64,000 nucleotides of DNA from an uncultured Bacillales bacterium (GTDB lineage: Bacteria; Bacillota_I; Bacilli_A; RFN20; CAG-449): assembly GCA_945929875.1 (NCBI GenBank), contig CAMEOO010000001.1, positions 6,574 to 70,573 on the forward strand. Direction: 5' to 3'. Below are positions 9,358 to 19,711 of this stretch, piece by piece (position 1 is the first letter of the stretch; every line of letters begins with the position of its first letter). The position numbers and the translations under genes were made by a program. The notes beneath the pieces were generated by a model. That model was not told where the DNA came from. It was given only the letters and a program-made list of their open reading frames with translations, and ran no database searches.

Positions 9358-10083
9358 ATGAAAATCGAAGTCGAAGGAATCGTAATTAAACAAACACCAT
9401 ATAAAGAAAAAGATGCGATGATATCATTGTTAACAAAAAATGGTATGGTATCATTTTTAGCGCACAATGTTTTATCTTTATCTAGTAAATATCGCTCTTC
9501 GTGTTTACCATTTACATATTCGATTTTTACCTTGAATTCAAAATTAGATAAATTGAGTTTGTCTCAAGCAAAAATAATAAAATCGTATATGCATTTTTAT
9601 AATTCGCTAGAGTCATTAACTTCGATTAATCTTGTGAATGAATGCATTTGTAAATTTATCGATGAAGATAATACATATCTTTTTGAATTCTTAAAAAACT
9701 ATTTAGAATTATTAGATCGCGGGTTTGACGAAATCACTTTAACTGCGATAATGATTGCACAAATTGTCAAAAACAGCGGTTATGATTTAGAATATAACTC
9801 TTGCGTCAAATGTTCAAATAAGAAAAATATCGTAGGAATTTCTTATACTCACGGCGGTTTTGTTTGTAAAAATTGCTTTGATAATCAAACTTTAAAAAAG
9901 TCAAAAGAATATTTAAAAACTTTTAGATATCTTTTTATGATACCACCTGATAAAATGGCACATTATGTCATAGACAGTTCAATTGGATTTAGCTTGATTG
10001 AAGAATTTTGCTCTTATTTATCCACTTCGTTTGGATTAAAAGAAATTAAAGCGTTAGAAATGTATAAAAATAGCAAAAAATAG
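9358..10083 (+). CDS. recO: DNA repair protein RecO
   Basis: 241 aa with an N-terminal OB fold and a C-terminal C4 zinc finger (CVKC...CKNC). The era-recO adjacency is conserved. Confidence 0.75.
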   Translation: MKIEVEGIVIKQTPYKEKDAMISLLTKNGMVSFLAHNVLSLSSKYRSSCLPFTYSIFTLNSKLDKLSLSQAKIIKSYMHFYNSLESLTSINLVNECICKFIDEDNTYLFEFLKNYLELLDRGFDEITLTAIMIAQIVKNSGYDLEYNSCVKCSNKKNIVGISYTHGGFVCKNCFDNQTLKKSKEYLKTFRYLFMIPPDKMAHYVIDSSIGFSLIEEFCSYLSTSFGLKEIKALEMYKNSKK

Positions 10084-10104
10084 TAAATATACACTGATAG
10101 TAGG

Positions 10105-10134
10105 TTGACATGCAAATCTTTTATTAAGTATCAT
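10105..10134 (+). promoter_or_regulatory. sigma-A type promoter for the glyQS-dnaG-sigA operon (TTGACA - 18 nt - TATCAT)
   Basis: TTGACA lies at 10105..10110 and TATCAT at 10129..10134. Only 88 nt separates recO and glyQS, so there is no room for a T-box leader. Confidence 0.4.
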
Positions 10135-10171
10135 AAATAGGATTTGTTTTTTTAACAAGAGGAGAATAAAA

Positions 10172-11539
10172 ATGGCAAAAAATAAATTTGAAGAAATAGT
10201 AAATCATTTACAAGTTTCTGGTTTTGTTTATCCTGGATCACAAATCTATGGAGGACTTGCAAATGCTTGGGATTATGGCCCTTTAGGGGTATTAATTAAA
10301 AATAACGTCAAGAATGCTTGGTGGAAAAAATTCGTTCAAGAGCAAACTATGAATGTCGGGTTAGATCCTGCGATTATCATGAATTCAAAAGTTTGGGAAG
10401 CAACTGGACACATTACTAATTTTTCTGATCCATTGATAGATTGTAAAAGTTGTAAAGCACGTCATAGAGCTGATGATTTAATAGAATCTCAAGCTGGTAT
10501 AGAAGTCAGCCAATGGACCAATGAGCAAATGGTTGACTATATTAAAGAACATAAAATTAAATGTCCAAAATGCGGCAATTCTAATTTTACTGATGTGAGA
10601 AAATTCCAATTGATGTTTAAAACTCATATTGGAGTGACAGAAGATAATAAATCTGAAGTTTATCTTCGTCCTGAAACCGCACAAGGGTTATTTGTCAATT
10701 TTAATAATGTAGTTAGAAGCACTAGAAAGAAATTACCTTTAGGAATTTGCGATATCGGTAAATCTTTTAGAAATGAGATTACTCCAGGAAATTTCACTTT
10801 TAGAACACGTGAATTTGAACAAATGGAAATGGAATTTTTCTGTAAGCCAGGAGAAGATTTAAAATGGTTTGACTATTGGAAAAATTATTGTTGGAATTTC
10901 CTTCTTTCTTTAAATATTAAAGAAGAGAATTTAAGATTTAGAGACCACGATAAAGCCGCTTTAGCTTTCTATTCCAAAGCCACTACAGATATTGAATATC
11001 TATTTCCATTTGGATGGGGCGAGTTATGGGGTATTGCAGATCGTACCGATTACGATTTAAAACGCCATATGGAATACTCAAAAGAGGATTTATCTTATAC
11101 TGATCCAGTCACTAGAGAAAATTTCATTCCTTATTGTGTGGAACCTGCTTTAGGTGTCGATCGTTTAGTGCTTACGCTTTTATGTGATAGTTACGATGTA
11201 GAACAACTAGAAAATGATACTAGAACTATCATGCATCTTCATCCTGCAGTGGCTCCTTATAAAGCGGCAGTTTTACCACTTTCAAAACAATTACAAGAAC
11301 CTGCTAGCGAAGTATTATCTTTATTAAGTAAAGAATTTTCTGTTACTTATGATGAAACTGGATCCATCGGTAAAAGATATCGTCGTCAAGATGCAATTGG
11401 AACACCTTTCTGCATCACTTATGATTTTGATAGTTTAAATGATCATTCAGTAACTATTAGAGAAAGAGATTCGATGAAGCAAGTTCGTCTTCCAATAGAT
11501 CAAGTAGCAAGTTATATTAGTGAAAAAATTAAATTTTAA
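10172..11539 (+). CDS. glyQS: glycine--tRNA ligase (alpha2 type)
   Basis: 455 aa. The N-terminus [22 protein letters not shown] and the class II motifs fit the alpha2-type enzyme. Confidence 0.9.
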   Translation: MAKNKFEEIVNHLQVSGFVYPGSQIYGGLANAWDYGPLGVLIKNNVKNAWWKKFVQEQTMNVGLDPAIIMNSKVWEATGHITNFSDPLIDCKSCKARHRADDLIESQAGIEVSQWTNEQMVDYIKEHKIKCPKCGNSNFTDVRKFQLMFKTHIGVTEDNKSEVYLRPETAQGLFVNFNNVVRSTRKKLPLGICDIGKSFRNEITPGNFTFRTREFEQMEMEFFCKPGEDLKWFDYWKNYCWNFLLSLNIKEENLRFRDHDKAALAFYSKATTDIEYLFPFGWGELWGIADRTDYDLKRHMEYSKEDLSYTDPVTRENFIPYCVEPALGVDRLVLTLLCDSYDVEQLENDTRTIMHLHPAVAPYKAAVLPLSKQLQEPASEVLSLLSKEFSVTYDETGSIGKRYRRQDAIGTPFCITYDFDSLNDHSVTIRERDSMKQVRLPIDQVASYISEKIKF

Positions 11540-11554
11540 TTATTGAGGTTATTG

Positions 11555-13297
11555 ATGATAAGTCCAGAAATTATAGAAGAGATTAGACAAAAGGCTGATA
11601 TAGTAGATGTTATTTCCACTTATATCAACGTAATCAAAAAAGGCAACTCCTTTCTAGCGGTTTGTCCTTTTCATAATGATAAAAATCCTTCTCTTCAAAT
11701 TTCTAGATCGAAACAAATCTATAAATGTTTCTCTTGTGGAGCAGGAGGAAATGTCTTTACCTTCGTTCAAGAATATGAAAAGATTTCTTTTATCGAAGCA
11801 GTTAAAAAGGTCGCTAAAATTATCGGTTATGAAAATAAGCAATTAGAAGGGCCTACTAGAGTTGTTTCTGACGATACAAAATTAGTTCTTGAAGCCTTAA
11901 AAAAAGCTAATGAAATCTATACTTATACTTTAAAGACCGCTGAAGGAGAAAAAGCATTAGAATATTTAAAAAAGAGAAATATCTCTTTAGAAATGAGCGA
12001 TTATTTTTCCTTAGGATATTGCCCAAGTGATGGAGAATTATCAATCAAATTATTAAGGGGTAACAATATTTCAATTGAGACGTTAGATAAAGCTGGCCTT
12101 ATCAGTCGAACTAACAATCAGTTTCTCGACCACTTTAAAGGGAGATTAACCTTTGCTATATTTAATGAATACAATGAAGTGATTGGTTTTTCTGCAAGAC
12201 GCATTGTTAATTCTGATGAAGCTAAATATGTAAATTCAGTTAATTCTATCGTATTTAATAAGTCTAAAGTTCTTTATAATTATCAAAATGCTATTAAAGA
12301 AGCAAAAAAAGAAGGATTTGTCTATGTGACAGAAGGATTTATGGATGTCTTTAGTTTGTATCAAGCTGGAGTTAAATCCTCGGTTGCTTTAATGGGAACT
12401 GCTTTCACAAGTGATCACGCAAAAATGTTAAAGAAACTAAATGTTGAAGTTAGACTTTGTTTAGATGGAGATGAAGCTGGGCAACACGGAATGCTTAAAA
12501 TGATCGATATACTAGATAAGGAAAATATTAAATATCGAGTCGTTAACTATAAAGATTGCCAATTAGACCCAGATGAAATTTTACAAAAGTATGGAGTTGA
12601 AAGCTTAAAAAAATTCTTGAATCGTTTAATTACTAGAGAAGAATTTATTATCAATTACTATTTAAAGAAATTTAATATTTCAACAGTTGAAGGGAAAAGG
12701 CAATTTGTAAGTGAAGTTATGAAATATATGACTATTCTATCAAATGAGCTAGATCAAGAAATAATCTTAAAAAGAATTAGCGAACTTACAAGCATTAGCT
12801 ACGATAGTTTTAAAAAAGTATTAGATAGTAAAAAGGTCGATAGTGATATCGATGAAAAAAACATCCAGATTTATAAACCAAAAAAAGTTATTAAAAAGCG
12901 TTATGAAAATGTAAAAGATAAAATTATTCGCTTGCTATTAAATTATTCTGAAGCAATCGAAGATTATATGAAAGGAAATAATTATTTCTATGATGATCTA
13001 TATGACAATTTAGTAAATTATATTATAGATTGTTACGAAGTTAATCATTCGTTGGATCCTTCAGAACTGATTACATTTATATCGTCAAAAGATGATGAAT
13101 TATCAAAAAGATTAGTTAATAAAATAATGGAGATCGAAGATTTAAATAATGACGATCCTCCCTATAGTGAGAGTTTACTAAAAGACTATTTAAAAGTCTT
13201 AAAAGAAGAAATAAATAAGATTAAACAAAGAGAAAATTTAAATAAAATATTTAAACAACTTGACAATACTAATGAGCAAAATCAAGAAAATAAATAA
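11555..13297 (+). CDS. dnaG: DNA primase
   Basis: It has the CHC2 zinc finger (CPFHNDKNPSLQIS...CFSCGAGGNVFTF) and a TOPRIM domain (VTEGFMDV, DGDEAG). The start is taken at ATG 11555, which has a GAGG ribosome-binding site, because the ORF-track start is TTG. Confidence 0.85.
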   Translation: MISPEIIEEIRQKADIVDVISTYINVIKKGNSFLAVCPFHNDKNPSLQISRSKQIYKCFSCGAGGNVFTFVQEYEKISFIEAVKKVAKIIGYENKQLEGPTRVVSDDTKLVLEALKKANEIYTYTLKTAEGEKALEYLKKRNISLEMSDYFSLGYCPSDGELSIKLLRGNNISIETLDKAGLISRTNNQFLDHFKGRLTFAIFNEYNEVIGFSARRIVNSDEAKYVNSVNSIVFNKSKVLYNYQNAIKEAKKEGFVYVTEGFMDVFSLYQAGVKSSVALMGTAFTSDHAKMLKKLNVEVRLCLDGDEAGQHGMLKMIDILDKENIKYRVVNYKDCQLDPDEILQKYGVESLKKFLNRLITREEFIINYYLKKFNISTVEGKRQFVSEVMKYMTILSNELDQEIILKRISELTSISYDSFKKVLDSKKVDSDIDEKNIQIYKPKKVIKKRYENVKDKIIRLLLNYSEAIEDYMKGNNYFYDDLYDNLVNYIIDCYEVNHSLDPSELITFISSKDDELSKRLVNKIMEIEDLNNDDPPYSESLLKDYLKVLKEEINKIKQRENLNKIFKQLDNTNEQNQENK

Positions 13298-13315
13298 AGA
13301 TTAGGAGGTATATTT

Positions 13316-14590
13316 ATGGCAAAAAAAGCAAAAACAGTAGAAGAAATTTTAGATGATGAGGAAGAGCTTCTCGACGATTCACCAGTTGAAATTGAAGATG
13401 AAGTTGATGATGATGGAGAAACTTTAGAGCAAATCAAGAAAAGATTTGAAAAAATTGGAAAGCAAGAAAAACAGATTTCTCAAGAAGATTTACTAGACGC
13501 GACTGCACATCTAGATTTAACTGATGATGATCTCCAATCTTTAATTGATTTTTTCAAGTCAAAAGGAATTGAAGTCGTTTCTGAGGAAGAAGAAGAGAGT
13601 TTAGATAATTTAGAGTTTAACGAAAATGATTTAAAAGATGTTTCTTTAGATGATGACGATGATTTATTTAGCGAAGATTTTAACCCTGATGAAGAAACTG
13701 AAGAAGTAATCGATTTAGATTTTGATTCCATCGTAGCAAGCGATAGCGTAAAAGTTAATGATCCAGTTAAAATGTATTTAAAAGAAATCGGAAGAGTTAA
13801 GTTACTTTCTGGTGAAGAAGAAATTGAACTAGCAAAAAAGATTTTACAAGGTGATCAAGACGCAAAAGATGAGTTAATTAAAGCAAATTTAAGACTTGTT
13901 GTCTCTATAGCTAAACACTATGTGGGCCGAGGAATGCAATTCTTAGATTTAATTCAAGAAGGTAACTTAGGATTAATTAAAGCTGTTGAAAAATTTGATT
14001 ATACAAAAGGATTTAAATTTTCTACCTATGCCACTTGGTGGATTCGTCAAGCGATAACTAGAGCAATTGCAGATCAAGCTAGAACCATTAGAATTCCAGT
14101 TCATATGGTAGAAACAATCAATAAGATTACTAGATATCAAAGAGCTTTAGTTCAAGAACTTGGAAGAGAACCAACCGCTCAAGAGATTTCTGATAGAATG
14201 GACCCCTCTTGTCGATTATCACCTGAAAAAATTCGAGAAATTCAAAAAATTGCTTTAGATCCAGTCTCTTTAGAAACTCCAATTGGTGAAGAAGACGATT
14301 CTCATTTAGGTGACTTCTTAGAAGATAAAGAGACGGAAACTCCTTCTCAATTTACTACAAAATCACTATTAAAAGATGAATTGTATGAAGTGATGAAAGA
14401 TTTGACTGACCGAGAGGAAAGAGTGCTTAGACTTCGCTATGGACTTGATGATGGAAGACCTAGAACTCTTGAAGAAGTTGGTAAAGAATTTGGAGTCACT
14501 AGAGAAAGAATTCGTCAAATTGAAGCTAAAGCAATTAGAAAACTAAGACATCCTACTAGAGCGAAAAGATTTGGAGATTACCGAGAATAA
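13316..14590 (+). CDS. rpoD: RNA polymerase primary sigma factor SigA/RpoD
   Basis: Regions 2-4 are conserved ([40 protein letters not shown]; region 4.2 [26 protein letters not shown]). An acidic N-terminal region 1.1 is present. It is part of the glyQS-dnaG-rpoD operon. Confidence 0.9.
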   Translation: MAKKAKTVEEILDDEEELLDDSPVEIEDEVDDDGETLEQIKKRFEKIGKQEKQISQEDLLDATAHLDLTDDDLQSLIDFFKSKGIEVVSEEEEESLDNLEFNENDLKDVSLDDDDDLFSEDFNPDEETEEVIDLDFDSIVASDSVKVNDPVKMYLKEIGRVKLLSGEEEIELAKKILQGDQDAKDELIKANLRLVVSIAKHYVGRGMQFLDLIQEGNLGLIKAVEKFDYTKGFKFSTYATWWIRQAITRAIADQARTIRIPVHMVETINKITRYQRALVQELGREPTAQEISDRMDPSCRLSPEKIREIQKIALDPVSLETPIGEEDDSHLGDFLEDKETETPSQFTTKSLLKDELYEVMKDLTDREERVLRLRYGLDDGRPRTLEEVGKEFGVTRERIRQIEAKAIRKLRHPTRAKRFGDYRE

Positions 14591-15268
14591 ATGAAAATCT
14601 CTAAAAGGCTTTTAAAGATTGCCTCAATGGTTCCTTTAGATATTCCTTGCGCAGATATTGGTTCTGACCACGGATTATTAGTTAAATATTTATTAGACAA
14701 TAATCTTGTTCCTTTTTGTTATGCTAGCGATAATAAGAAAGGTCCTTTTGAAAGATTAAAAAAGAATTTATCGACGTATATTTCTCAAAATAAAGTGGAA
14801 GTTGATCTAGTTGATGGAATAAAAAATTTAACTAATAAATATAAAACTATCATCATTGCTGGAATGGGTGGAGACTTAATCAAAGAGATTCTTGAAAAAG
14901 AAAAAGATAAATTAAAAAATATTGAATATTTACTTCTTTCTCCCCATGGAAAAGAAAAAGAATTAAGAGAGTTTTTAACTAGTAATCAATTCCAAATCAT
15001 CGATGAAAATGTCGTATACGAAGATCATTATTATGAAATTATTCTATTTAAAAAATCCCCAGAAATAGTAAATTATTCCACCAAGCAACTTGAATATGGA
15101 CCTATCAACTTAATAAAAAAAGATGAAACATTTATCAATAAATATCAAGATAGAATTATTTCAAATACAGATTTATTAAATAATCATCAACTAAATCATT
15201 TGCGCATTCAAGAAATTAAAGAAACGATAATAAAAGATAAAAATATATTAAAAGAGTTAAATTGCTAA
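14591..15268 (+). CDS. trmK: tRNA (adenine22-N1)-methyltransferase TrmK (YqfN family)
   Basis: The N-terminus LLKIASMVPLDIPCADIGSDHGLL is the TrmK signature. The gene sits downstream of sigA, as in Bacillus. Confidence 0.7.
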   Translation: MKISKRLLKIASMVPLDIPCADIGSDHGLLVKYLLDNNLVPFCYASDNKKGPFERLKKNLSTYISQNKVEVDLVDGIKNLTNKYKTIIIAGMGGDLIKEILEKEKDKLKNIEYLLLSPHGKEKELREFLTSNQFQIIDENVVYEDHYYEIILFKKSPEIVNYSTKQLEYGPINLIKKDETFINKYQDRIISNTDLLNNHQLNHLRIQEIKETIIKDKNILKELNC

Positions 15269-15290
15269 AAAAATAATCTAACTTTTTTTA

Positions 15291-15674
15291 CTAAAAAAAT
15301 GGAGATGAAGGGCCATTATTTGTATAGATAAAGTCGTTTGCTTCATTTTTTGTATTACTACTAGTTGTATAGACGGAATTATCTTTTAAATTTTGATTAG
15401 AGGTAGGTTTAGTCGGTTTTTTTACAAAATACTTTTTTAATGAATTAAAAGAATTCTTCGCTTGTGAATAAATAGGCTTTACTTGTTTGTATAATGGAAT
15501 GATTTGATTGATGGTATTTATCCCTTTTTGCGCGGTTTGAATCATACTTTGAAAATTTAGTCTCGAAGACATTAAACCACGATTTATTCTTGGATAGTAA
15601 GAATAAAAACTATTTGGAATATTTCTATACATCGGAGGAGTATTAAAATAAAACATATTTCTCATAAATGTCAC
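15291..15674 (-). CDS. hypothetical small protein rich in Asn/Tyr/Ser/Pro (low complexity); a candidate spore coat-type protein
   Basis: 127 aa, with a strong AGGTGA ribosome-binding site 7 nt before the ATG. It is not antisense to any gene and lies between convergent trmK and divergent apt. About 10 Tyr and 17 Asn are present. A sigma-K-like -10 CATATAAATA lies upstream. Confidence 0.45.
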   Translation of the reverse strand: MTFMRNMFYFNTPPMYRNIPNSFYSYYPRINRGLMSSRLNFQSMIQTAQKGINTINQIIPLYKQVKPIYSQAKNSFNSLKKYFVKKPTKPTSNQNLKDNSVYTTSSNTKNEANDFIYTNNGPSSPFF

Positions 15675-15774
15675 CTATTTATTTATATGAAATAAATAAA
15701 AAATGGCAATTTGAATATTTTTACTTTAAGTTAGAAATATATTGATTTATCATTTACTAGGAAGAGGTATTAGT

Positions 15775-16299
15775 ATGAATTTATTAGATTATATTGCTGT
15801 TGTGCCTGATTGGCCAAAAAAAGGAGTTCAATTTCAAGATATAACTCCACTATTACAAGATGGGGAAGCTTTTTCTTATTGTATCGATGAAATGGCAAAA
15901 ATTGCAAAGGAAATGAATGCCGACGTCATCGTGGGTCCAGAATCAAGAGGATTTATCTTTGCTTGCCCAGTAGCTTCAAAAATTCATAAAGGATTTGTTC
16001 CAGTTAGAAAAAAGGGTAAACTACCAAGAGAAACCATTTCTCATACCTATGATCTAGAATATGGTACTGACACTTTATACATGCATAAAGATGCAATAAA
16101 AAAAGGTCAAAGAGTAGTTATTATCGATGATTTAGTTGCTATTGGTGGTACTTTAAATGCTGCAGCTGAACTAATTCACAAATTAGGTGGAGAAGTTGTC
16201 GGCATGATTGCTTTAATCGGTTTAACTAGCTTACCAGGAATGAAAAATTTAGAAAAATATAATTTACATTGTTTATTAAAAGTTGATGTAGAGGAATAA
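15775..16299 (+). CDS. apt: adenine phosphoribosyltransferase
   Basis: MNLLDYIAVVPDWPKKGVQFQDITPLL and a PRPP-binding motif VVIIDDLVAIGGT. The start is taken at ATG 15775, which has an AGGAAGAGG ribosome-binding site. Confidence 0.85.
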   Translation: MNLLDYIAVVPDWPKKGVQFQDITPLLQDGEAFSYCIDEMAKIAKEMNADVIVGPESRGFIFACPVASKIHKGFVPVRKKGKLPRETISHTYDLEYGTDTLYMHKDAIKKGQRVVIIDDLVAIGGTLNAAAELIHKLGGEVVGMIALIGLTSLPGMKNLEKYNLHCLLKVDVEE

Positions 16300-16302
16300 A
16301 AG

Positions 16303-18495
16303 ATGGAAGAGAGAAAATTTCACACATATCAAGATGTTGAAGATATCTTCTCTCGTTATATTCACAAAAAAGAAGACGTTGAATTAATTCATAATGCATA
16401 CTTATTTGCTGAAGAAAAGCATGCAGGACAATTTCGAAAATCTGGTGATCCTTACATTGTTCATTTAATTGAAGTTGCTTATATTCTTGCAAATCTTCAA
16501 GCGGGTCCTTCTACTATTGCTGCCGGTTTTTTACATGATACAATCGAAGATTGTGATGTTACGAAAGAAGAGATAACTAGTAAATTTGGCGAAGATATCG
16601 CTGAAATTGTTTTTTGCTTGACGAAAATTAAAGCTTTGTCTCATAATCGTCGTCACGATAAAGACTTCGTTGCCGAAGGTCATCGTAAAATTTTCTTAGG
16701 AATGGCAAAAGATGTTCGCGTCATCATCATCAAACTAGCTGATAGGCTTCACAATATGAGAACATTAGAGTTTCAAACTCAAGAAAAAAAGATATCTATC
16801 TCTCAAGAAACCATGGATGTTTATGTTCCAATTGCCGATCGACTTGGTTTAAATAGCATTAAAGGTGAACTTGAAGATCTATGCTTAATGTACCTTCACC
16901 CAAAAGAATATCAAGATATTATGGATTACTTGGACCATAATATGAAATATCGAGAAGAATCAATTAAGCATCTTCAAAAGAAAATTGCTGACTTATTAAT
17001 ACCTACAAAAATTCCTTTTGAAATATCTTCTAGAATCAAACATCCTTCTTCTATTTATCGAAAAATAGTAAATAAAGAAAAAACATTAGACCAAATTTAC
17101 GATATTATCGCTTTAAGAATTATCACTGAAACAGAGATCAATTGCTATGAAATTTTAGGATTGATCCATAGTGAATATCGTCCTTTACCAGGGCGTTTTA
17201 AAGATTATATCGCGGTTCCTAAAGCTAATATGTATCAATCGTTACATACCACCATCATCGATAGGGACTCCACTATCTTGGAAGTACAAATCCGCACTAA
17301 GCAAATGGATGAAGTCGCCGAAGGTGGGGTTGCTGCCCATTGGAGATATAAAGAAGGTAAAGCTTACGACCCTAAAACTGAGCAAAAAGAAATTATGGAA
17401 AAGCTTCACTGGTTCTCTGATTTTGTTTCTATATCAAACGAAGATGAATCAGCTATGGAATACATGAATACTTTACAAAAAGAAATTTTTGGCCAAAATA
17501 TCTATTGTTTCACCCCTCATGGAAAAGTTATCGATCTTCCAACAGGAGCGACTCCTTTAGATTTTGCTTACAAGATTCATTCAAAAGTGGGCGATCAAGC
17601 TATTGGAGCGATGGTTAATAATCTTTTAGTTCCATTAAATACTGAATTAAAAACTGGCGATGTAGTGGAAATTAAAACTAATCCGTCAAGTAAAGGTCCT
17701 AATGAAGGATGGCTAAAAATTGTAAAAACCAATCAAGCAAAATCTCATATTAGGAAATTCTTAATGAAAAAGAATGCTGATTTTTTACGTGATACTAATA
17801 TTCAAAAAGGAAGAGAACCTCTTGTTGAATTATTTAAAGATTACGGAATTAATGAGCAAAAGATGATGACTTATCTAACTAGCGAAGTCTTAGAGCATTT
17901 TAATGTTGAGTCGATAGATGATTTGTTTATTGGAATAGCTACAAAACTTATTCAACCTTCTCAAGTTACTACTTATTTGAAATTAAAAAGAGAGTCTTAC
18001 GTTGACAGCGTTATTAAAAAGAGCGTCAATAAAAAGAAAAACCAACTTGCAAATCAAGCAGTGCTTGTTAAAGGTGAATCAAATATTTTATGCAATTTAA
18101 GCTCGTGTTGTTCACCTTTACCAGGAGATAGAATCATCGGTTATATTACTCAAGGGAAAGGAATTAAAGTCCATCGAATCGATTGTCCAAACGTTCAGAA
18201 AGACAAATCTCGACTCATCGATGTAGAATGGAATCCAAACTATCAAGCAAGTTCTTGTCCTGTCGATATTCAAATTAAAGCAACTGATCGCGACAATTTA
18301 ATTATTGATGTATTAAATTTACTTGCTCAAAACAAGATTACTTGCTCAAAATTAATTACTAAATTACATCCAGACACCGGAACTGTCTCAATACAAATTA
18401 CAATTAATGTCAATAATATTGATAGTTTTATTAATATTAGAAATCAATTAATGAATATTTCTAATGTCTATTCGGTAGAAAGGTTAACTCATTAA
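16303..18495 (+). CDS. relA: bifunctional (p)ppGpp synthetase/hydrolase RelA/SpoT (Rel)
   Basis: 730 aa with an HD hydrolase domain, a RelA_SpoT synthetase domain, and TGS and ACT domains. The apt-rel adjacency is conserved. Confidence 0.9.
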   Translation: MEERKFHTYQDVEDIFSRYIHKKEDVELIHNAYLFAEEKHAGQFRKSGDPYIVHLIEVAYILANLQAGPSTIAAGFLHDTIEDCDVTKEEITSKFGEDIAEIVFCLTKIKALSHNRRHDKDFVAEGHRKIFLGMAKDVRVIIIKLADRLHNMRTLEFQTQEKKISISQETMDVYVPIADRLGLNSIKGELEDLCLMYLHPKEYQDIMDYLDHNMKYREESIKHLQKKIADLLIPTKIPFEISSRIKHPSSIYRKIVNKEKTLDQIYDIIALRIITETEINCYEILGLIHSEYRPLPGRFKDYIAVPKANMYQSLHTTIIDRDSTILEVQIRTKQMDEVAEGGVAAHWRYKEGKAYDPKTEQKEIMEKLHWFSDFVSISNEDESAMEYMNTLQKEIFGQNIYCFTPHGKVIDLPTGATPLDFAYKIHSKVGDQAIGAMVNNLLVPLNTELKTGDVVEIKTNPSSKGPNEGWLKIVKTNQAKSHIRKFLMKKNADFLRDTNIQKGREPLVELFKDYGINEQKMMTYLTSEVLEHFNVESIDDLFIGIATKLIQPSQVTTYLKLKRESYVDSVIKKSVNKKKNQLANQAVLVKGESNILCNLSSCCSPLPGDRIIGYITQGKGIKVHRIDCPNVQKDKSRLIDVEWNPNYQASSCPVDIQIKATDRDNLIIDVLNLLAQNKITCSKLITKLHPDTGTVSIQITINVNNIDSFINIRNQLMNISNVYSVERLTH

Positions 18496-19433
18496 TGAAA
18501 AAAAATTTTCAAAAAAGTTCTAGAAGTAATAATCTTCCAAATCAAAAGATATTTAAAGAAATAAAAGTAAATAAAAGTGAAGAACTTTTAGTCTTTTTAC
18601 TTAATAATTTTCCTTCTTTATCAAGAAATAATTTAAAAAAACTTTTATCTAATCAACAAGTTCTAGTTAATGGAGCAGCAGTAAGACAATTTAATTTTCT
18701 ACTTGCTAAAGATGACATTGTCTCTCTTTCGCCTTATAAAGTAAGAAAAGATGGAAAAAGAGTTTCAAAACTTAAAATTTTATATGAAGATGACGAGTTG
18801 ATCGCTATAAATAAACCTGCAGGCTTATTATCGATTGCTACTGATAAAGAAAAAGAAGAAACAGCATATCGCCTCATGATGGATTATGTTCAAGAGGCTA
18901 ATAAAAAGAATCGAGTTTTTGTCGTTCATCGCCTTGATAAAGAAACCTCGGGAGTTTTGATTTTTTCTAAAAGTGAAGAATTAAAAAATGCATTGCAAGA
19001 TAAATGGAACGATCTTGTTAAATTAAGAGAATACATAGCAATATGTGAAGGAAAATTTGATAAGAAAGAAGGAACTAGAATTTCTTATTTATTACCAACT
19101 AAAACTAATTTAATGTTTTCTTCTCATAAACCTAACGATGGTCAAAAAGCGATTACTCATTATCAAGTGATCAATGAAAATGATACTTGTTCATTACTAA
19201 AAGTTAAAATTGACACCGGTAGAAAAAATCAAATTAGAGTACATATGAAAGATTTAGGCCATAATGTTGTTGGTGACGATAAATATGGTTCAAATCTAAA
19301 TCCGATTAATAGATTAGGATTACACGCTAGAGTGTTAGAATTTGATCATCCTTTAAAAAATAAACATTTTAAATTTATCGCTGAGACTCCCAAAGAGTTT
19401 TTAGATTTCTTTGACATAAAAAAGATCAAATAA
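18495..19433 (+). CDS. RluA-family 23S rRNA pseudouridine synthase with an S4 domain (RluD-like)
   Basis: HRLDKETSGVL catalytic motif. The start overlaps the relA stop as TAATG. Confidence 0.8.
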   Translation: MKKNFQKSSRSNNLPNQKIFKEIKVNKSEELLVFLLNNFPSLSRNNLKKLLSNQQVLVNGAAVRQFNFLLAKDDIVSLSPYKVRKDGKRVSKLKILYEDDELIAINKPAGLLSIATDKEKEETAYRLMMDYVQEANKKNRVFVVHRLDKETSGVLIFSKSEELKNALQDKWNDLVKLREYIAICEGKFDKKEGTRISYLLPTKTNLMFSSHKPNDGQKAITHYQVINENDTCSLLKVKIDTGRKNQIRVHMKDLGHNVVGDDKYGSNLNPINRLGLHARVLEFDHPLKNKHFKFIAETPKEFLDFFDIKKIK

Positions 19434-19489
19434 GTCAAAAAAGATTTAAATGATTGTTTTTTGAATAAATTATTAATATAATTTACTTG

Positions 19490-19705
19490 TTCGTTGAAAT
19501 AGAGGGAAATATTTGTAGATTATAGAGAGAGTTTGGCTGGTGAAAAAACTCATCGAGATTTATTTCTTGACACTATGGAGAACGATCCGTGAACTTACTA
19601 GCGGATCCGGTTGTTACGTTAAAACTTAAAGTGCACTTATATCAAGTGAACTAAGGTGGTACCGTGCGCAAGCACCCTTAGAGGTACTTTTTTTATTAAA
19701 AGGAG
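19490..19705 (+). promoter_or_regulatory. T-box riboswitch leader with terminator, controlling hisS-aspS
   Basis: A conserved T-box sequence AACTAAGGTGGTACCGTGCG lies at 19649..19668 (consensus AAnnAGGGTGGTACCGCG). Upstream are AGAGA- and GGTGA-type stem I motifs (19524..19545). A stem III hairpin is GTGCACTT...AAGTGAAC. A GC helix plus a T8 run at 19688..19695 sits immediately before the hisS ribosome-binding site. A candidate CAC His specifier is at 19571..19573. Confidence 0.6.
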
Positions 19706-19711
19706 AACAAT

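Noticed and set aside
6809-13731. Short ORFs at 6809..6994, 7727..7918, 9183..9467, 10478..10684, 11654..11842 and 13480..13731
   Set aside because: All are antisense to confidently assigned genes (the C39 gene, ybeY, era/recO, glyQS, dnaG, rpoD). The Ser-rich 13480..13731 product is simply the complement of the GAA/GAT-rich acidic region of rpoD.
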